Assembly: GCA_010015585.1 (NCBI GenBank)
Contig: ML975178.1
Source: Eremomyces bilateralis CBS 781.70
Taxonomy: Eukaryota
Reading direction: 5' to 3' (one strand)
DNA: 64,000 bases
In this document: piece after piece, positions 12,301 through 25,739 of the stretch
How the letters are laid out: each line of letters starts with the position of its first letter
Position numbering within the stretch: the stretch's first letter is position 1
The notes under the pieces: generated by a model
The model's database searches: none
Told to the model about the DNA's origin: nothing
The model's input: the letters and a program-made list of their open reading frames with translations, nothing else
Program-made: the position numbers and the translations under genes

Positions 12301-13480
12301 ATGATCCAAGCAGCACATATCGGCGTAGGCATCAGCGGCATGGAAGGACTGCAAGCAGCTCGTAGCGCCGACGTCTCGATTGCGCAATTCCGGTATCTTC
12401 GCAAACTGCTACTCGTGCATGGCGCGTGGTCGTACCACCGAGTCTCTAAAACGATTCTCTATTCCTTCTACAAGAACGTGGCGGTGTTCATGACGCAATT
12501 CTGGTATTCCTTCCAAAATGCGTTCAGTGGCGAAGTCATCTACGAATCCTGGACCCTCTCCTTCTACAACGTGCTCTTCACCTCCCTTCCCCCCTTCGCC
12601 ATCGGCATCTTCGATCAATTCGTCTCCGCCCGCCTCCTCGACCGCTACCCGCAGCTCTACCAGCTCTCGCAGAAAAATATGTTTTTCCGCACCCACAACT
12701 TCTTCTCTTGGGTCCTCAACGGCTTCTACCACTCCCTCATCCTCTACTGGGCCGGCAACTACATCTACCACTGGGACAAGCCGCAGTCTGACGGGAAGAC
12801 TCCCGGCCATTGGGTCTGGGGCACCGCGCTGTACACTGCGGGCTTGATGACCACGCTCGGGAAGGCCGCGCTCATCAGCACCCAGTGGACGAAATGGACC
12901 TTCGCGGCGATCCCCGGGAGTTTCGCCGTCTGGATGGTCTTTTTGCCGGCGTATGCGTCGGCGGGTCCGGCGTTGGGCTTTTCACTGGAGTACGAGGGCG
13001 TGCTTCCGCGTCTATTTACAGATCCGACGTTCTACGGTATGGCAATTGTGCTTCCGGTTCTTTGTCTCCTGCGCGACTTCGCATGGAAATAGTAAGTGGC
13101 ACCCGTGCCTCCCACTTGTCTCCATCCTAACCATTCCGTCTAGCGCCAAACGGATGTACTTCCCCCAAACCTACCACCATGTCCAGGAGATCCAGAAGTA
13201 TAACATTCAAGATTATCGGCCCAGGTACGTTTCCTACGATTCCACTCGTCATTCATCAGCTAACCTTTCGTCTAGAATGGAACAATTTCAAAAGGCCATC
13301 CGCAAAGTCCGCCAAGTGCAGCGCATGCGAAAGCAGCGTGGCTACGCTTTCTCGCAAACAGATGAGTCGCAGGCTAGGGTGCTGCAGGCATATGACACCA
13401 CGAGAGAGCGTGGACGGTTTGGAGAGATGGCGAGTTCGAGAAGGGGGACGGCGGACTTTTCGACGGGTTTTGCGGCTTAA
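9309..13480 (+). CDS. DRS2: P4-ATPase phospholipid flippase (Drs2/DnfB type)
   Basis: DGETNLK, phosphorylation motif DKTGTLT, KGADT, LTGD, GDGAND and C-terminal autoinhibitory GYAFSQ; three short introns near 12150, 13092 and 13225. Confidence 0.96.
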
Positions 13481-14121
13481 AGTCGATACTTACTTACCTA
13501 CTACCAATTATTGGCGATTGTATCGTGTATGAAGGGGAAGAACCCCCTTGTTCACCATTCCATTCTCCTTCCATCCCGTCAATGCGGAAGGAGATGTGTT
13601 TATATATGGTTACGGTGTCTGGAGGGCATCGATAGGGTCTGGTCATTCGGGTGTTCAAATCGGGCCAACTTTGTTTCTAGCTTCTGTATGATGATACGAA
13701 GAGATGAGGCAGCTGTCTGGTGTTCAATTGTTACTTTCCCTGAACATTCCAAGTGGTTGTGAGTACCGTTTCAGGACCGCTGAGGAGTCATATTAATCAT
13801 CCTCGACCGCGTAATCTTGCCTAGAACCGAAGGCAAATCAAGGACCATGCATTTGTAACCTTGTCTGTAAAAGGACAAAGCCCTGCGAGTCCCCTTAAAT
13901 TCGTCTCACGAATCTCAAACGCCACCATGATCTGCAGGCATGCCGAGCCCGACCGCCCTGTTCCCCCTCGTATGCTCCGCTGGCAATTCCAGCCCTCACC
14001 AAAGCCTTCGAGGTTGGATTCCGTAGAGACATAATAAATATTTCCCCTTTTGCAACTTGTCCAAAGCCGACAATCTCCCATTCGAAGAGTGTGCAAGTCC
14101 CAGCGTGCACTCTTTGTCGCC

Positions 14122-16866
14122 ATGGCTGAGGGGCGTCCGACAGGCACGGGTCTGATCGACCTGGAGAAAGAGTTGACTTGTTCGGTAGCTATCCCCCGGT
14201 GTCCCGTACTTTTGCCTCGAAATCTGGGGACTGGAATTGGGCAATATTAACTCTATGGTTGTGACTAGATCTGTACCGACATCCTCTTCCAACCGCTCAC
14301 GCTCCTCGACTGCCTCCACACTTTCTGCGGCGCATGCCTGCAAGAATGGTTCGCCTTCTCCGCCGAATCCGCGCGACACAGCGACCAGCCCTCGCGACAT
14401 CCGTATACCTGCCCGTCATGCCGCGCCACGGTCCGAGGGACGAAGCACAATGCGACGGTCACGACGTTATTAGACATGTATCTACAGGCGAATCCGGGGA
14501 AGGGGAAGAGCGAGAAAGAGAAGGAAGAGATGGTGAAGATGTATAAGCCGGGCGATGATGTCCTCCCGAAGATTGAGCGGCGCAGTCGGAACAGGGAGGT
14601 GGTGAGTGATGATGAGGAGGATCGGGCTTTGTTGAGCCAGGTGCGGGAGATGAGCCTGAGGGAAGTTGGCGTGGTAGCTGGTGCTGCTGCGGGAGATGGT
14701 CGGAGGAGACCGCCACGGAGCCAGGAGGAAAGCCGACGGCGGCATAGGAATCGTGGGAACGATGAAAGGTCACCGCGAGTGGTTCCGGCCCGCCAAATCG
14801 AGCATCAATCAAGCCTGAGATCGCTGCTGAGCGCCTCGGAAGACGATTCGCAAGAGGTTGAGGCGGCCATCATGCGGCAGATTGTGGAAGAAGGGCTACT
14901 GGAGGGGATCGACGTGAACAATATGACCCCGTCACAAGAGGAGGAGCTCACGGAGATGATCGCCCAGGCGTACTATAGACGGCGACGAGAGCTTGCGGAG
15001 GCGCACGGAACTACAACGAATCCTACTGGATCACCGAGTCAATCGTCTCCACGACCGACGCAACCTCCAGGGTCTCCAAGCCAGCTAACTCCACGCCATG
15101 CAGAAGACCCTAATCAAGGACGGCATAGTCGGTCGCGCTCCTCCAGCCATATCCCACCCTCAGGAACCTCACCCTCTCGGCACCCACCCGTTTCGTTCCG
15201 CACCACCGGACAGCCCTCGGATCGACATCGCCGGTCATCCAGCCAGGGAGCATCGAGGAGCGGACGATCAAGTGATCAGTCTAGATCGCAATCGTACACG
15301 AGCCACGCCGCTGCTCGATCGGCGACTGATCTGTCGAATACCCCAGAAACGGCGGAGGCGAGCGCCGAGAGAAGGTCGCGGCCCAATCCGAACGATAGAC
15401 GGTCGACAGACCCTGAGAGGGCTCGCCCTGTACGACAGAGCCAAAGTGCATCGCGGACAGAAGTGGTTGCAACCTCAAACAGCGGGCTACTCCAATCCCC
15501 CACCTCGTCGCCTCGACTCCCTTCACCATCCCGACCCACAGCAAGACAAGAGAACCCCACCCCCACACCCCACGCCCCCGACATCTCAACCCCAACCACC
15601 ACCACCACCTCCCCCCCCGCTCGCACCTCCCTCTTCACCGAACCCTCCATCACCTGCTCCAAATGCGCCACCCCGAACATCCAATACACCCTCCACCACT
15701 ACTGCCCCCTCTGCAACTCCGGCTCCTTCCACCTCTGCCACCCCTGCTACCGCCTCGGCGCCGGCTGCCTCCACTACTTCGGCGCCGGCCCCGCCGCTCG
15801 CTTGCGCTTCGACCGCGCCGCCCCGCCTGGCGGCTACCCCGCCGACTATCCTCCTCCGCACACCCTCACGGCGCAGCGGTACGCGCGGCCGAAGCGGGAG
15901 TTGGTCGCGCAAGGTGGCCGGATGGTCACGGAGGAAGATCCCGCGACAAGGGTGCAGCGCGGGGTGTTCTGCGACGTGTGTAGCGGGTTCGCGAACGAGT
16001 GCTACTGGCAGTGCGGGATGTGCAACGACGGGGCGTGGGGGTACTGTAATTCCTGCGTGGTGCAAGCGAAGCACTGCACGCACGCCTTGCTCCCGCTGTC
16101 GCACACACCCGAAGGAACGAATAGTAGCGTGAAATTCCCGAGTGCACCAACGATGATCGGAGGGATGGCGTTCGCGCCGCTGGAGTTCACGACGGCGTGC
16201 GACGTGTGCCGGTACCCGATCCCGCCGTCGCGGACGCGGTTCCACTGCCCGGACTGCCAGGCGGGGAACTTCGACATCTGTGCGGCGTGTTACTCCGGGC
16301 TGGTAGCCAGCGGGGCAATCGCGGCGGAGAATGGGGAGAAGGGGTGGCGGAGGTGTCCGAGTGGGCATCGGATGGAGGTGGTGGGGTTTGAGGAGCGAGG
16401 CGGTGGGGGACGGAGGGTGGTAGTGAGGGAGGTGGTTGGGGGGTGGGCGTTGAAGGATGAGGAGGTGCCTAGGGGGGCGGTGGGCGAGGGGAGGGGTTCG
16501 GATGGCGCGGAGGGCGGGGAACGCGTTGCTGGCTCGGGGGAGGGAGGTGCGGGGCGCTCGCTGTCTGGATGGTGGTGGCATGAAGAGGACGGTACCGTGC
16601 AGACGCGCACCCCCCGCTCGCCGTCCCGCGCGCAATTCGACACCACGGTCACGGGAACCACGCCACGCTTCCCGCCGGATGGAGGGGTGGGGTTGCGAGT
16701 GCAGGCGCACTGGGGCTGGTTTCCTGAGGCAGAGGCGACGAACGAGCTGGCGTTCCCGAAGGGGGCGGAAATCCGCGAGGTGGAGGACATAAATGGGGAT
16801 TGGTTCTGGGGGGTGTTTTGTCGGGAGAAGGGGCTGTTTCCGGCGAATTATGGGAGGGTGTTGTAA
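14122..16866 (+). CDS. RING-finger protein with ZZ-type zinc fingers and C-terminal SH3 domain (probable E3 ligase)
   Basis: Splicing out intron 14185-14268 gives LEKELTCSICTDILFQPLTLLDCLHTFCGACL...CPSCR (RING). Three CxxC...CxxC...CxxC ZZ-like clusters follow, then SH3 ELAFPKGAEI...GDWFWG...GLFPANY. Confidence 0.88.
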
Positions 16867-17344
16867 GGTTGGGGGGAGTTGGGAGGGGAAAGATGTGAGG
16901 TTGATGCTTTGGATGAAGTGAATGAGGATTTTGTGGGACGGTGACGACCGAATGAGACGGCTAGCATTGCATTTGAAGCGAATTAACGAAGCATGGTCTG
17001 AACGATTTTCATTTTGGAATGTTTCCTGTTTGCTAATACCTGGTATCTGTAACCATAATCATGCTTGAACCCATCGTACCGAATATATCGAGTTCGCCTC
17101 GAAAGCCTGATAACGCTTCTCTATCCATAGTAGCGTCTGAACCCAACCATCAGGCTCACTCTATGAGTGCCTCTGGGGTCCTTGTCTCTATTCGCCCGTA
17201 ACCCTGAAGCCCAGGAAAATGTTCGCGGCTCCATGAACGCCTCCGGTTGCCCGTTTTTATCCACCGTATCGACAATACCCAGCTATGCCCGGTAAACTGT
17301 CAAGTTAGTCCAAATAATCCTGAAAGACCGTCAGCATCTCGGTC

Positions 17345-18954
17345 TCAATCAATCCTAGGTGTCTTCCCGCGCGGCCTGTCCGCACCAGCACCTGCCTCAT
17401 CGTCCGACTCTTCGTCATCGTCGACGACCGGTCGTTTCATGGATTTCCTCGGAGTCGGCTCGGTTGCCGCGCCTCCCTTAGCCGGTTGAGCCGTGGTGCT
17501 CCCCACGGCGATCCCTCTCTTTCTCATCACTTCGAACCGCTCCTCATACTCCCCCTGCACCGCGTCCACCACCGCTTGCAGGCTTCTCGTGCGCTCCTCG
17601 TCCGATAGCTGGATGAGGACGTCGGAGTTGCGCTTGTAGAGGCGGTCTTTGAGATACGTGCACCAGTAGAAATACTTCCGATCGTCAGGATTCACAGTCT
17701 GCGCTTTTTTAGAGATGCGGATCCGCGAGCGGTTGAGGCTGGGGATCTGCGCCAGCAAATGCATCTCCACGATGCGGTGGAATTGTCGCTTGGCGATCCG
17801 GCTCTTCAATCGAAGGTTCTTGAGGACGTCTTGCGGGACGATGTCGTTCAGGGGAATGGGGGCTTCAGGCTTGAATTTCGCGGCGGGGATGGTCGTCGGG
17901 AGGGAGAGGGCGGCGAATTCGGGGTATTGGAGGAGGAATGCGTAGTCGTGGAGATCGCGGAGCCAATCGAACTCCTCGCTGGGGTCCTCGACGGCGAGTT
18001 CGTACGTCCACTTGCTTGCGTGCATCTCCGCGAAGATGGTCGAGTAGAGACGGTGGCCGTGTCCCTTGCGTTGGAAAGGCGGAAGGATTATCAGTTGGGA
18101 GATGCGGAGGCGGGAGGGGCTGTCGAGACCGCTGGATTGCTTGTAGAAGCCGGTGGTCTCGTCGATGGGTGGGCGGAATGGTGCCGCGATGGACTCCGGC
18201 GGTGCGGACGTTCCAGGGACAGGAATTGAGCCCGGGATCCCAAGCGCGATCAGCGCCTCTTTATGAGGGAAGGTCCAGAATTGGTGGGTGGTACAGAAGC
18301 CATTGAAAATGTAGGGAATGCGAAACTTGGGGGAGGGTCGAACTTCGTAGAGGAAGTAGATCTTCCATCGCCCAAGGCTGTCGTCGGGCTCATCCAACAG
18401 GTCGGTCGTCCCACCTTCAATGAAGAGATGCACAAGAACTTGCATGTTATGGAAGATGCGCTTCGCCTCGGGGTGTTCCAGAAAACTTGCGCGCCAAATC
18501 TGGAACTTTCGGCCGTCTTGTTGATATTCTGCGACCATATCGCCGGGAGGAGTCCATTGGGCTTCAGTATGGGCAGTCTCGATTTCCTGGTCGGCGGCTT
18601 TGTCCAACGCCGAAGCAGGGAAGAAGTTGGCCAGGGCGGCTTTCAAATCCACCGGCTTGACATCACCAATCGGGGTGAATTGAGCGGAGTATCCAATGTC
18701 GATGACCGGGCGCATATCATGTGCACGAAAGTTCACGGTGATGCGGAGGTCCTTGTACCCGAAGATCTGCTCTTCTTCGCCGAAGATTGCATAGGTCATC
18801 GATGGGGGGAAAGGACCGGAGATTGTGGTGAGCTTTCCTTGGGGATTGTCCTGAGCGAGAGCGAGGTGAACCACACTGTTGGCTTCGGAGAGCCCTAACA
18901 AATATGGTCAGCGATGCACGCAATAACATGAAGGGCTCACTCACATTCAGCCAT
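17345..18954 (-). CDS. HAT1: Histone acetyltransferase type B catalytic subunit
   Basis: FGEEEQIFGYKDLRI, RLRISQLIILPPFQRKGHG (acetyl-CoA motif A) and VEDPSEEFDWLRD. A 10-nt first coding exon ATGGCTGAAT splices to give MAEWLSEANS. Confidence 0.93.
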
Positions 18955-19779
18955 GATGGTAGGTGGACTCTGGGAGGGTCCAGAAGGAATGACTATGGTG
19001 ACATTAGATAGTGTTCAAGCAAGTGATGAAGACGGAGGTGAAGTGGGTTGGTGTGTGAGTAGAGTGTGATATCAGGATAATGTGCTATGTCCAACTCACT
19101 GTTTGGATCCTGGAACGGAGGATTTGGGAGAGTGTCCAAAAACAGCCTAACCTGTTCCCGCTTGATCGGCGGGAGGAGTAGATATTGGGGGTCAACAGGC
19201 TCTTGGACGACAAGCGATTCGAGAAACGCAAGCTCCAGAAAGGGCAGAAGCCGGAGCGGCGGCAAACCCAAGAGCTCCAGTTCCAATTGCTGAAGATGCT
19301 TCGATAGGAGGGAGACAGGGAACCTTTGGAAGCGGTCACGTGAAGGGCGATGATGAGGACGAGGAGACATGATGGGCCGAAGTTGGTCCGAAGCAGTGCC
19401 GCAGTGCTTCCGAAGTTTTCCATAAGATGCGCCATGTAGTGATGTTGTGGCGTAAGTGTGGCAGTGAAGGGGCTGGCTAGGTCAACATTGCTGATTGGCT
19501 GATGTAAAGCTTGGCATTTTTGTACTTAGTCACGTGCTGTGATGACGAAGCTGAATGGAAACCGTCGATTCATCCCTACTGTAGCTGAAGGAGATACATT
19601 CCCCTAACTATCGACACCTCGTCAATTCTTGCTATGATCAAGGTGAAGTTTGCTCTAGCTGTCGTTTGGGGGATGTTTGAGCCTTGAAATCTCCATTCTA
19701 AACTTTCGTTAATCCATTGGACCCTTCCACTCCCCCTTCCCCTGGACCAGATACAGTTACCTATAGATACACAGGCAAC

Positions 19780-21239
19780 ATGTGGGACGGACTATTCCTC
19801 CTTCTCTCCCTTAGCGGAGCAATGGGAGCTGCGTATATACTTCGACCGATGGATATCATGTCACACGCTTATTCGATGCAGGTCATTTCTCGCAGGATTG
19901 CTCCCGCTCTCTTTCTCTCTTACGAAACGGCAGCTACGTCTAATCTCGGCCCTGGGAACGGGCATCCTCGTTGGCACGGCACTCATTGTGATCATCCCCG
20001 AGGGAATCGAGACATTATATTCAGCAAGTGCCAATACACGAAAGTCTAGCGTCCAACCAGGCGAGGGTGCAACACGTGGAGGTCAGGGAGCGCTTTCACT
20101 CCACACCTTCGATAACATCGGGCTGGATGCGGACCGAGACGAACCGGAAGGGTTCAGGGGCCCGAAGCATTTAAAACCCGATGTGAGGAGCACCGACGAA
20201 TACATCCGATCCATCGGCAAGCGTGACTGGCGAGAGCGCGGGAAGACCGAGAGTAAAGGCAAAGATCTCGACAGCACCACCAGCAAAGACGAAGAGATGA
20301 AGTCGTCCGACCCCCACGAAGTCTACGACTCGATCCCCAAGACCGACACCTCCTCCCCCCACACCTGGATCTCCATCTCCCTTATCCTCGGCTTCTCCCT
20401 CATGTACCTCATCGACGCCCTCCCCAAACTCGGTGCCTCCCGCCCCCGCGCCCCGATGCACATCTCCCTCTCCGACCTCAGCCAAGGCCTCCATCCCCCT
20501 TCCCCCACCGCGCCCTCCACCCCCTTCCTCCCCGTCTCACCCCAATCCCACAGTCCACAAACCACCACCTTCGGCCTCCTCATCCATGCCCTCGCCGACG
20601 GCGTCGCCCTCGGCGCCGCCTCCGCCTCTTCCTCCCAACCCACAAAGCCCGGTTCCGACGCCGCCCACCACTCGCTGACCGTCATGATCTTCCTCGCCAT
20701 CCTGATCCACAAAGCGCCCGCTGCGTTCGGCCTCGTCGCGCTGCTGCTGAAGCGCGGGGCGAGCAAGCGCACTGCGCGGAGCCATCTGCTGGTGTTCAGT
20801 CTTGCGGCGCCGATGGGCGCGTTGTTGGCCTGGTGTGCGATCTCGACGTTTGGGTCGTGGGGGACGGCTGCGGGAGGGGAGAGTAACGGACAGTGGTGGA
20901 CGGGGTGCGTGCTGATTTTCAGCGGCGGGACGTTCTTGTAAGTGTTGCTGTTCCTACCTCCGAAGTACATCCCGAAATGATGCTAACGCAAGCAGATATG
21001 TTGCGACGCACTCCCTCTCCGAAGCGACCAATGGGCTTGGCGCCGTTGAACCCCATGAGTTGGATCTGTCCAATCCGTATTCGTCGGCGAACGGCGACGG
21101 CATGGGGAATGGCCATGCGTACGACGGATACTCCAAGTCGTCCGGGTCGAACTTGACGCGTACCGAGATCGGATGCACGCTCTTGGGCATGTTTCTGCCA
21201 TTGATCGCCCTGGCGGGCGAGGGTGGCCACGGACATTGA
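19780..21239 (+). CDS. ATX2: ZIP-family metal transporter (Atx2/ZIP9-like)
   Basis: GTGILVGTALIVIIPEG, TTFGLLIHALADGVALG, IHKAPAAFG and FSGGTFL; introns at 19833-19881 and ~20938-20995. Confidence 0.88.
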
Positions 21240-21621
21240 CCGGATTATCTCCTGCGAGACTAATTAATATTGTATTATATAGGGGATTGGCGCCTGAGGG
21301 AAAAACTACATGTATTTGGCTATATGGTATGGCTACAAAACTGACATTTGGATGAAGGCCTAGTGGATGGAACGGTCATGGGATATTGGTCAACTATAAC
21401 AGAATATTGATACACAGATAACAATTGAATCTTTCGCTTATTATGGATTTGGGAGGCATCCGAGACTATGAGACAAATACAGGATGAAAAGATCCGCGAC
21501 CTATATTTCCTCCCAGCACAATACTCCAAGCAACAACCGCTTCCAGATATCACAAGAATACATGCCATTACACCACAGGTTCCCACACCAATCAACCCAC
21601 CCAACCCATCCAGCAACAACC

Positions 21622-22550
21622 TCACTGTGTCTTCTTCCCCGCCTTCGTCGTCGGCTCCTCCGTCAACACCCCATAGCTAATATACATCCCGTAGACGGCA
21701 AAGACGATCCAGACGAAGTTCATGGACACTAGATAGCACCACCTATGCCGCCGGTCAGTAGGGACGTCGTTTCGATCAAGTCGGCGAGATGCATCGCCCC
21801 TAAAAGGGGGATGTAAAATACGTCAAACTTACAGAAAGATGGGATTCGATATATCCAGATTCGGCGATCCGGTAAACCACTCCGGCGCGAATGTCATCCA
21901 AGCTAAAGCAAGCGAAAAAAGCGTTAGCATGTCTCCTGAATGCCTAATATACCAGACACCCGCCCCAAACTAGCAGAAAATCGTAAAAAAAATAACCTAC
22001 ACCCATAAATCTCCCCCGTCGCCAACACCGTGATCCAAAATGCTGTCTTCCTCTGCACCCGCCCCCCCGCCTGCCAAATCGCCCACGCGATCCCCGCCGC
22101 CAACGGGGCCCCCACCACCACCGTCAACACCTCCAAGCTCACCACCGTCAAATCCGCGCCCTCCCATCGGCGATCCGCGCGCGCGTAGTCGCGCCACATC
22201 CCCGCCAACCAGCCCTCCCCGAACTTCACGCCGTAGAGGCGTGCGGGGTCGTTAAGCCAGAAGACGCCGGGGGGGGTGAGCGGGTGAATGGCGGCGCTGG
22301 GATCGCGGGGGGCGGGGAGGATGGGAGTGGAGGAGAGGAAGGTGTGGGCGAGGAAGGAGCCTTCGAGGATGAAGTGGACAAGGGAGTCGAAGGTGTGCCA
22401 GAAGAAGAGGAGACGGGGAGCGAGGGAGGCGGTGCGGGGGAGGAGAAGGTGGAGGGCGAGGAAGGAGACGAGGAGGAGGGTGGTGAAGGTGGTGATGGAG
22501 TAGAGGGTGATGGGGTCGATGGGGAAATCCCCGATGTGGAAGAGGGCCAT
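21622..22550 (-). CDS. Emopamil-binding protein (EBP/EXPERA) family membrane protein, sterol isomerase-like
   Basis: FFWHTFDSLVHFILEGSF, MWRDYARADRRW, VVSLEVLTV, GEIYG-WMTFAPEW and a C-terminal KKTQ ER-retrieval-like end; two introns. Confidence 0.85.
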
Positions 22551-23251
22551 GGTGGGATGGGGGGGATGCGGAGGAGGAGGTAAGGGGAGAGGGGATAATG
22601 ATAGAGGAGGATGGATTTGGGGGTTCGAATTTTGATGGGCTTTTGTCGTTGATATCAGATTGGGCAACCCCTGTTTCTATCCAACCCCTGGAATCCGGGG
22701 ACGGAACCGCTGGGGAACCCACCCAGGCGTCTGACAGTTGATGACGCTGATTCGCTCGACTCCGAATACGCCACAGCATTACGGATACAGATAACACTTC
22801 CAAATAACCAATACGACTGTCTAGCAAAATCCGCTGACATTGATCTCTCATCTCCGTATACATAATATCTAGAACCGGCCACTGTACGACCCTCAGCCAT
22901 TGAGGGCCTTCAAATCCCTGACCAGTCTATCAATCAGGATAAGACTTCTCGAACACGCACTAGCTAAACAATGCGAGTGCGAAGGGTATCACAGTCGTCT
23001 CACCCAAACCTCGTCCTCTCTGCGCGCCCATGCCCGAATCACCACCTCTATGCTAAGATACCCAAACACCAACCCAGGCCCCAATCCCAAACGCCATTCC
23101 AATGCAACCATAAAATGTCCATAACAAAGAACTCCGCTCAATCCCGAGCCCGATCTCGCCCGAGAAGACCGTGATAACCCACTGACCGTATGCGTCGTTT
23201 CGTAGGGAAAGGAACCCGAACCGGGCATGAATCATTACTCCTTTTTTCCTC

Positions 23252-25739
23252 CTATGCATACCGCACGCTTTGCCCCCTCGCAAACACCGGCGCCGGCGGC
23301 GGATACCATCCTCCCTGCTCCGGCACCGGCGGCTGCCCTGGCCCTCCCATCGGCGGCCCCCCGGGCCCTCTCGAGGGACTCCACTGCGTCCCCTGGTGCA
23401 TGCCTGGGATCTGGTTCGGAGGCACGGGCGGCCAGGTGGGCGCGCGTCGAGCAGATCGGCCACGGCGGCGACGGATACAGCTCCAGAGGCAGGAGAGGAG
23501 GGCGAGGAGGAGGAGGCCGCCGACGCCGCAGCTGACGCCGATGACGATGGGTTTGTGGGTTTCGATCCAGCTGCCGACTTCTTTGGCGAAGGAGGAGCCA
23601 GTGCAGCGGCCCTATTGGATGGAGTTAGCGGTTATGTTACGAGGAAAGAGGCGGGAGGATGAGGAAGAGTGGACTTACGTTCTGACATTTCCCTCCACCA
23701 CCACACTCCGTCCCGTCCAGGAAATTCTGATTCAACCCATAACACCTCCCCGGCCCGAACTCTGGACTCTGACAGCTCAGCTGACACGTCGTATGATCGC
23801 AGCTGTACGTGTCGTTGTTCCGCGTATAGCTCCCCATCACTGTCTTGCACTGCAGGTCGCGACTCGTGCACTGCCCACTCGAGCACTTCAACCCGTCCCC
23901 GCACCCCTGCCCATCGGGCGCCCGATCGTCCTTCGGGCACGTCGCGCTGTTCCCCGCGCACGTCTCCTGCGGATCGCACTCGCCGGTACTGGCGCGGCAG
24001 ACTCGGGTGCTGGGAGCGTACTTGCAAGAATCGCAGCAGTCCTCGTTGCTGTCGTCACACTGGGAGCCGGCGGTGAACTTGCAGGTGGCGGCATCACAGC
24101 AGGTGTTGTCACCGCAGTCGTCGGCGCCGCCGCAGTCACAGTCCTCGCCGGGCTCGACGATGCCGTTGCCGCATTGCTGCCCGGAGATGGTGGTGACACC
24201 GCGGTTGTCGGTGAAGCAGGAGGTGCGGACGGAGTTGCGGCGGAAGGCGGTGCAGATGTTGCCGATGGAGCAGGCAGAGAAGGCAGTGATGCCGCGGGCC
24301 GTAGAGGGGTTCATGATGAATTGCTCACCGGCGTTGCAGGTGGAGGAAGAGAGGGGGCAGCATTGTTGGGAGGAGAGGGAGACGCCGTCATTGCAGGATT
24401 CGGAGGTGCAGTCGTGCACCGCGCCGAAGGTGTGGCCGGTTTCGTGGCTATCGATGGTTAGGGTGAGGATTTCAAGGGGGATGGAGCGAACTTACGCAAT
24501 GACCTGCCACTCGGTGGAGGTTTTGGCGACCACGTTCGCACCGCTGGTGATCTCCATTTGGCCGTTCCGCGTGGAATTATTTTCGAGCGCCTCGTTTACA
24601 CATGCCTGTCCCAGCCACGCAAGGCCGACCGCCGTCCCTGTCGGGCAGTTCGTGAGCAACATCCAATGCGAGTTTTGATCCTTTCGCTCGCCTCGCCAGC
24701 CCGAGAAGATGTTCAATCGTTCCTGGATGTCGGCGCCGCCGCATGGGATGTTGTACGGCTGCGTCGGCGGCGGCGTGCCGGGACAGGTCTGTTCGCTGAC
24801 GGTCAGATTGGCCAGGCCGAGCGAGATGTTGAAAGTTCGCTCGTACAGGTCCGAGGCGGAATTCATCTGCTGGATGACGTTTAGGCGGGCAGACTCGGTC
24901 GAGTTGAACGCCTTGCTGTACTCGCAATCAGTGGCGACGCCGACGAGCGCGACCTTCCGGGTCGTCGGACAGCCGGCCGTCTGACCGACGGACGATGCTA
25001 GGTTGATGCCGCCCGCGTTGCCACCTCCCGGTCGACTGTCAATCTGCCGCTTTCCGAACAAACTCTCGATCGGGGTCCCCCAGAAATTATCGTCGCGCTT
25101 CAGCATCGCCCGGTACACCGGATGGTCCGGCTGCGTATTAAACTCCAGCCCATCCGACAAGCAGGCCTTGCTCGGCTCGACGCTCCGCCGCAGCTCGGTG
25201 TGCATTTGCTCGGTGGCGATGTCCGAGTCGCGGAAACACACCATATACTCGTCGTCCCTCGCGTCCAACTGCGGATCGAACTCGTGCTTCGTCGACATGT
25301 AGTGCGAGTCCAACTGTACATGGTGATGATTACTCCCGACGTCGAAACTCCCTTGAAATAGTGGGTATATCCCGTCCCGAAACACTACGATCCGCGCATG
25401 CCCTGCTCTCGTGCCGTCCACCCACGTTGACCCCTTGAACACTTTGTGGTCTTGCCGCTCGATCGGCTCCCGACGCAGCACCTCGCCGTCGACGCCGAGA
25501 TACTCGATGGTGGCGCCTTCGGGGAGGATGTCATAGTTCGGTTCGAGGGCGAGGCGGATGCGCTGGCCGTGCAGGTCGAAGGAGAGGTCGAAGGAGGAGA
25601 GAGCGTTGACACGATGGCTTGGGGTGTGGATGGTGGGATTAGTAACGACGCCGAGGTGGGTGAGGGGGTTGCGGGTGACGGAGCTGCCGCTGACGAGGGC
25701 TATTAACGGCGCCAGCAGCGAGGCTCTAAAAAAGAGCAT
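23252..25739 (-). CDS. Fungal ADAM (disintegrin and metalloprotease), type I membrane protein
   Basis: Signal peptide, prodomain, zinc motif HETGHTFGAVHD (~24412-24447), disintegrin CGNGIVEPGEDCDCG, Cys-rich region, TM segment and Pro-rich tail ending SVRYA*. Confidence 0.92.

Noticed and set aside
18993..19435. Overlapping short ORFs between HAT1 and the ZIP gene
   Set aside because: No recognisable domain, and they lie in a divergent promoter region
23190..24461. 423-aa plus-strand ORF
   Set aside because: Antisense shadow of the GC3-rich ADAM gene
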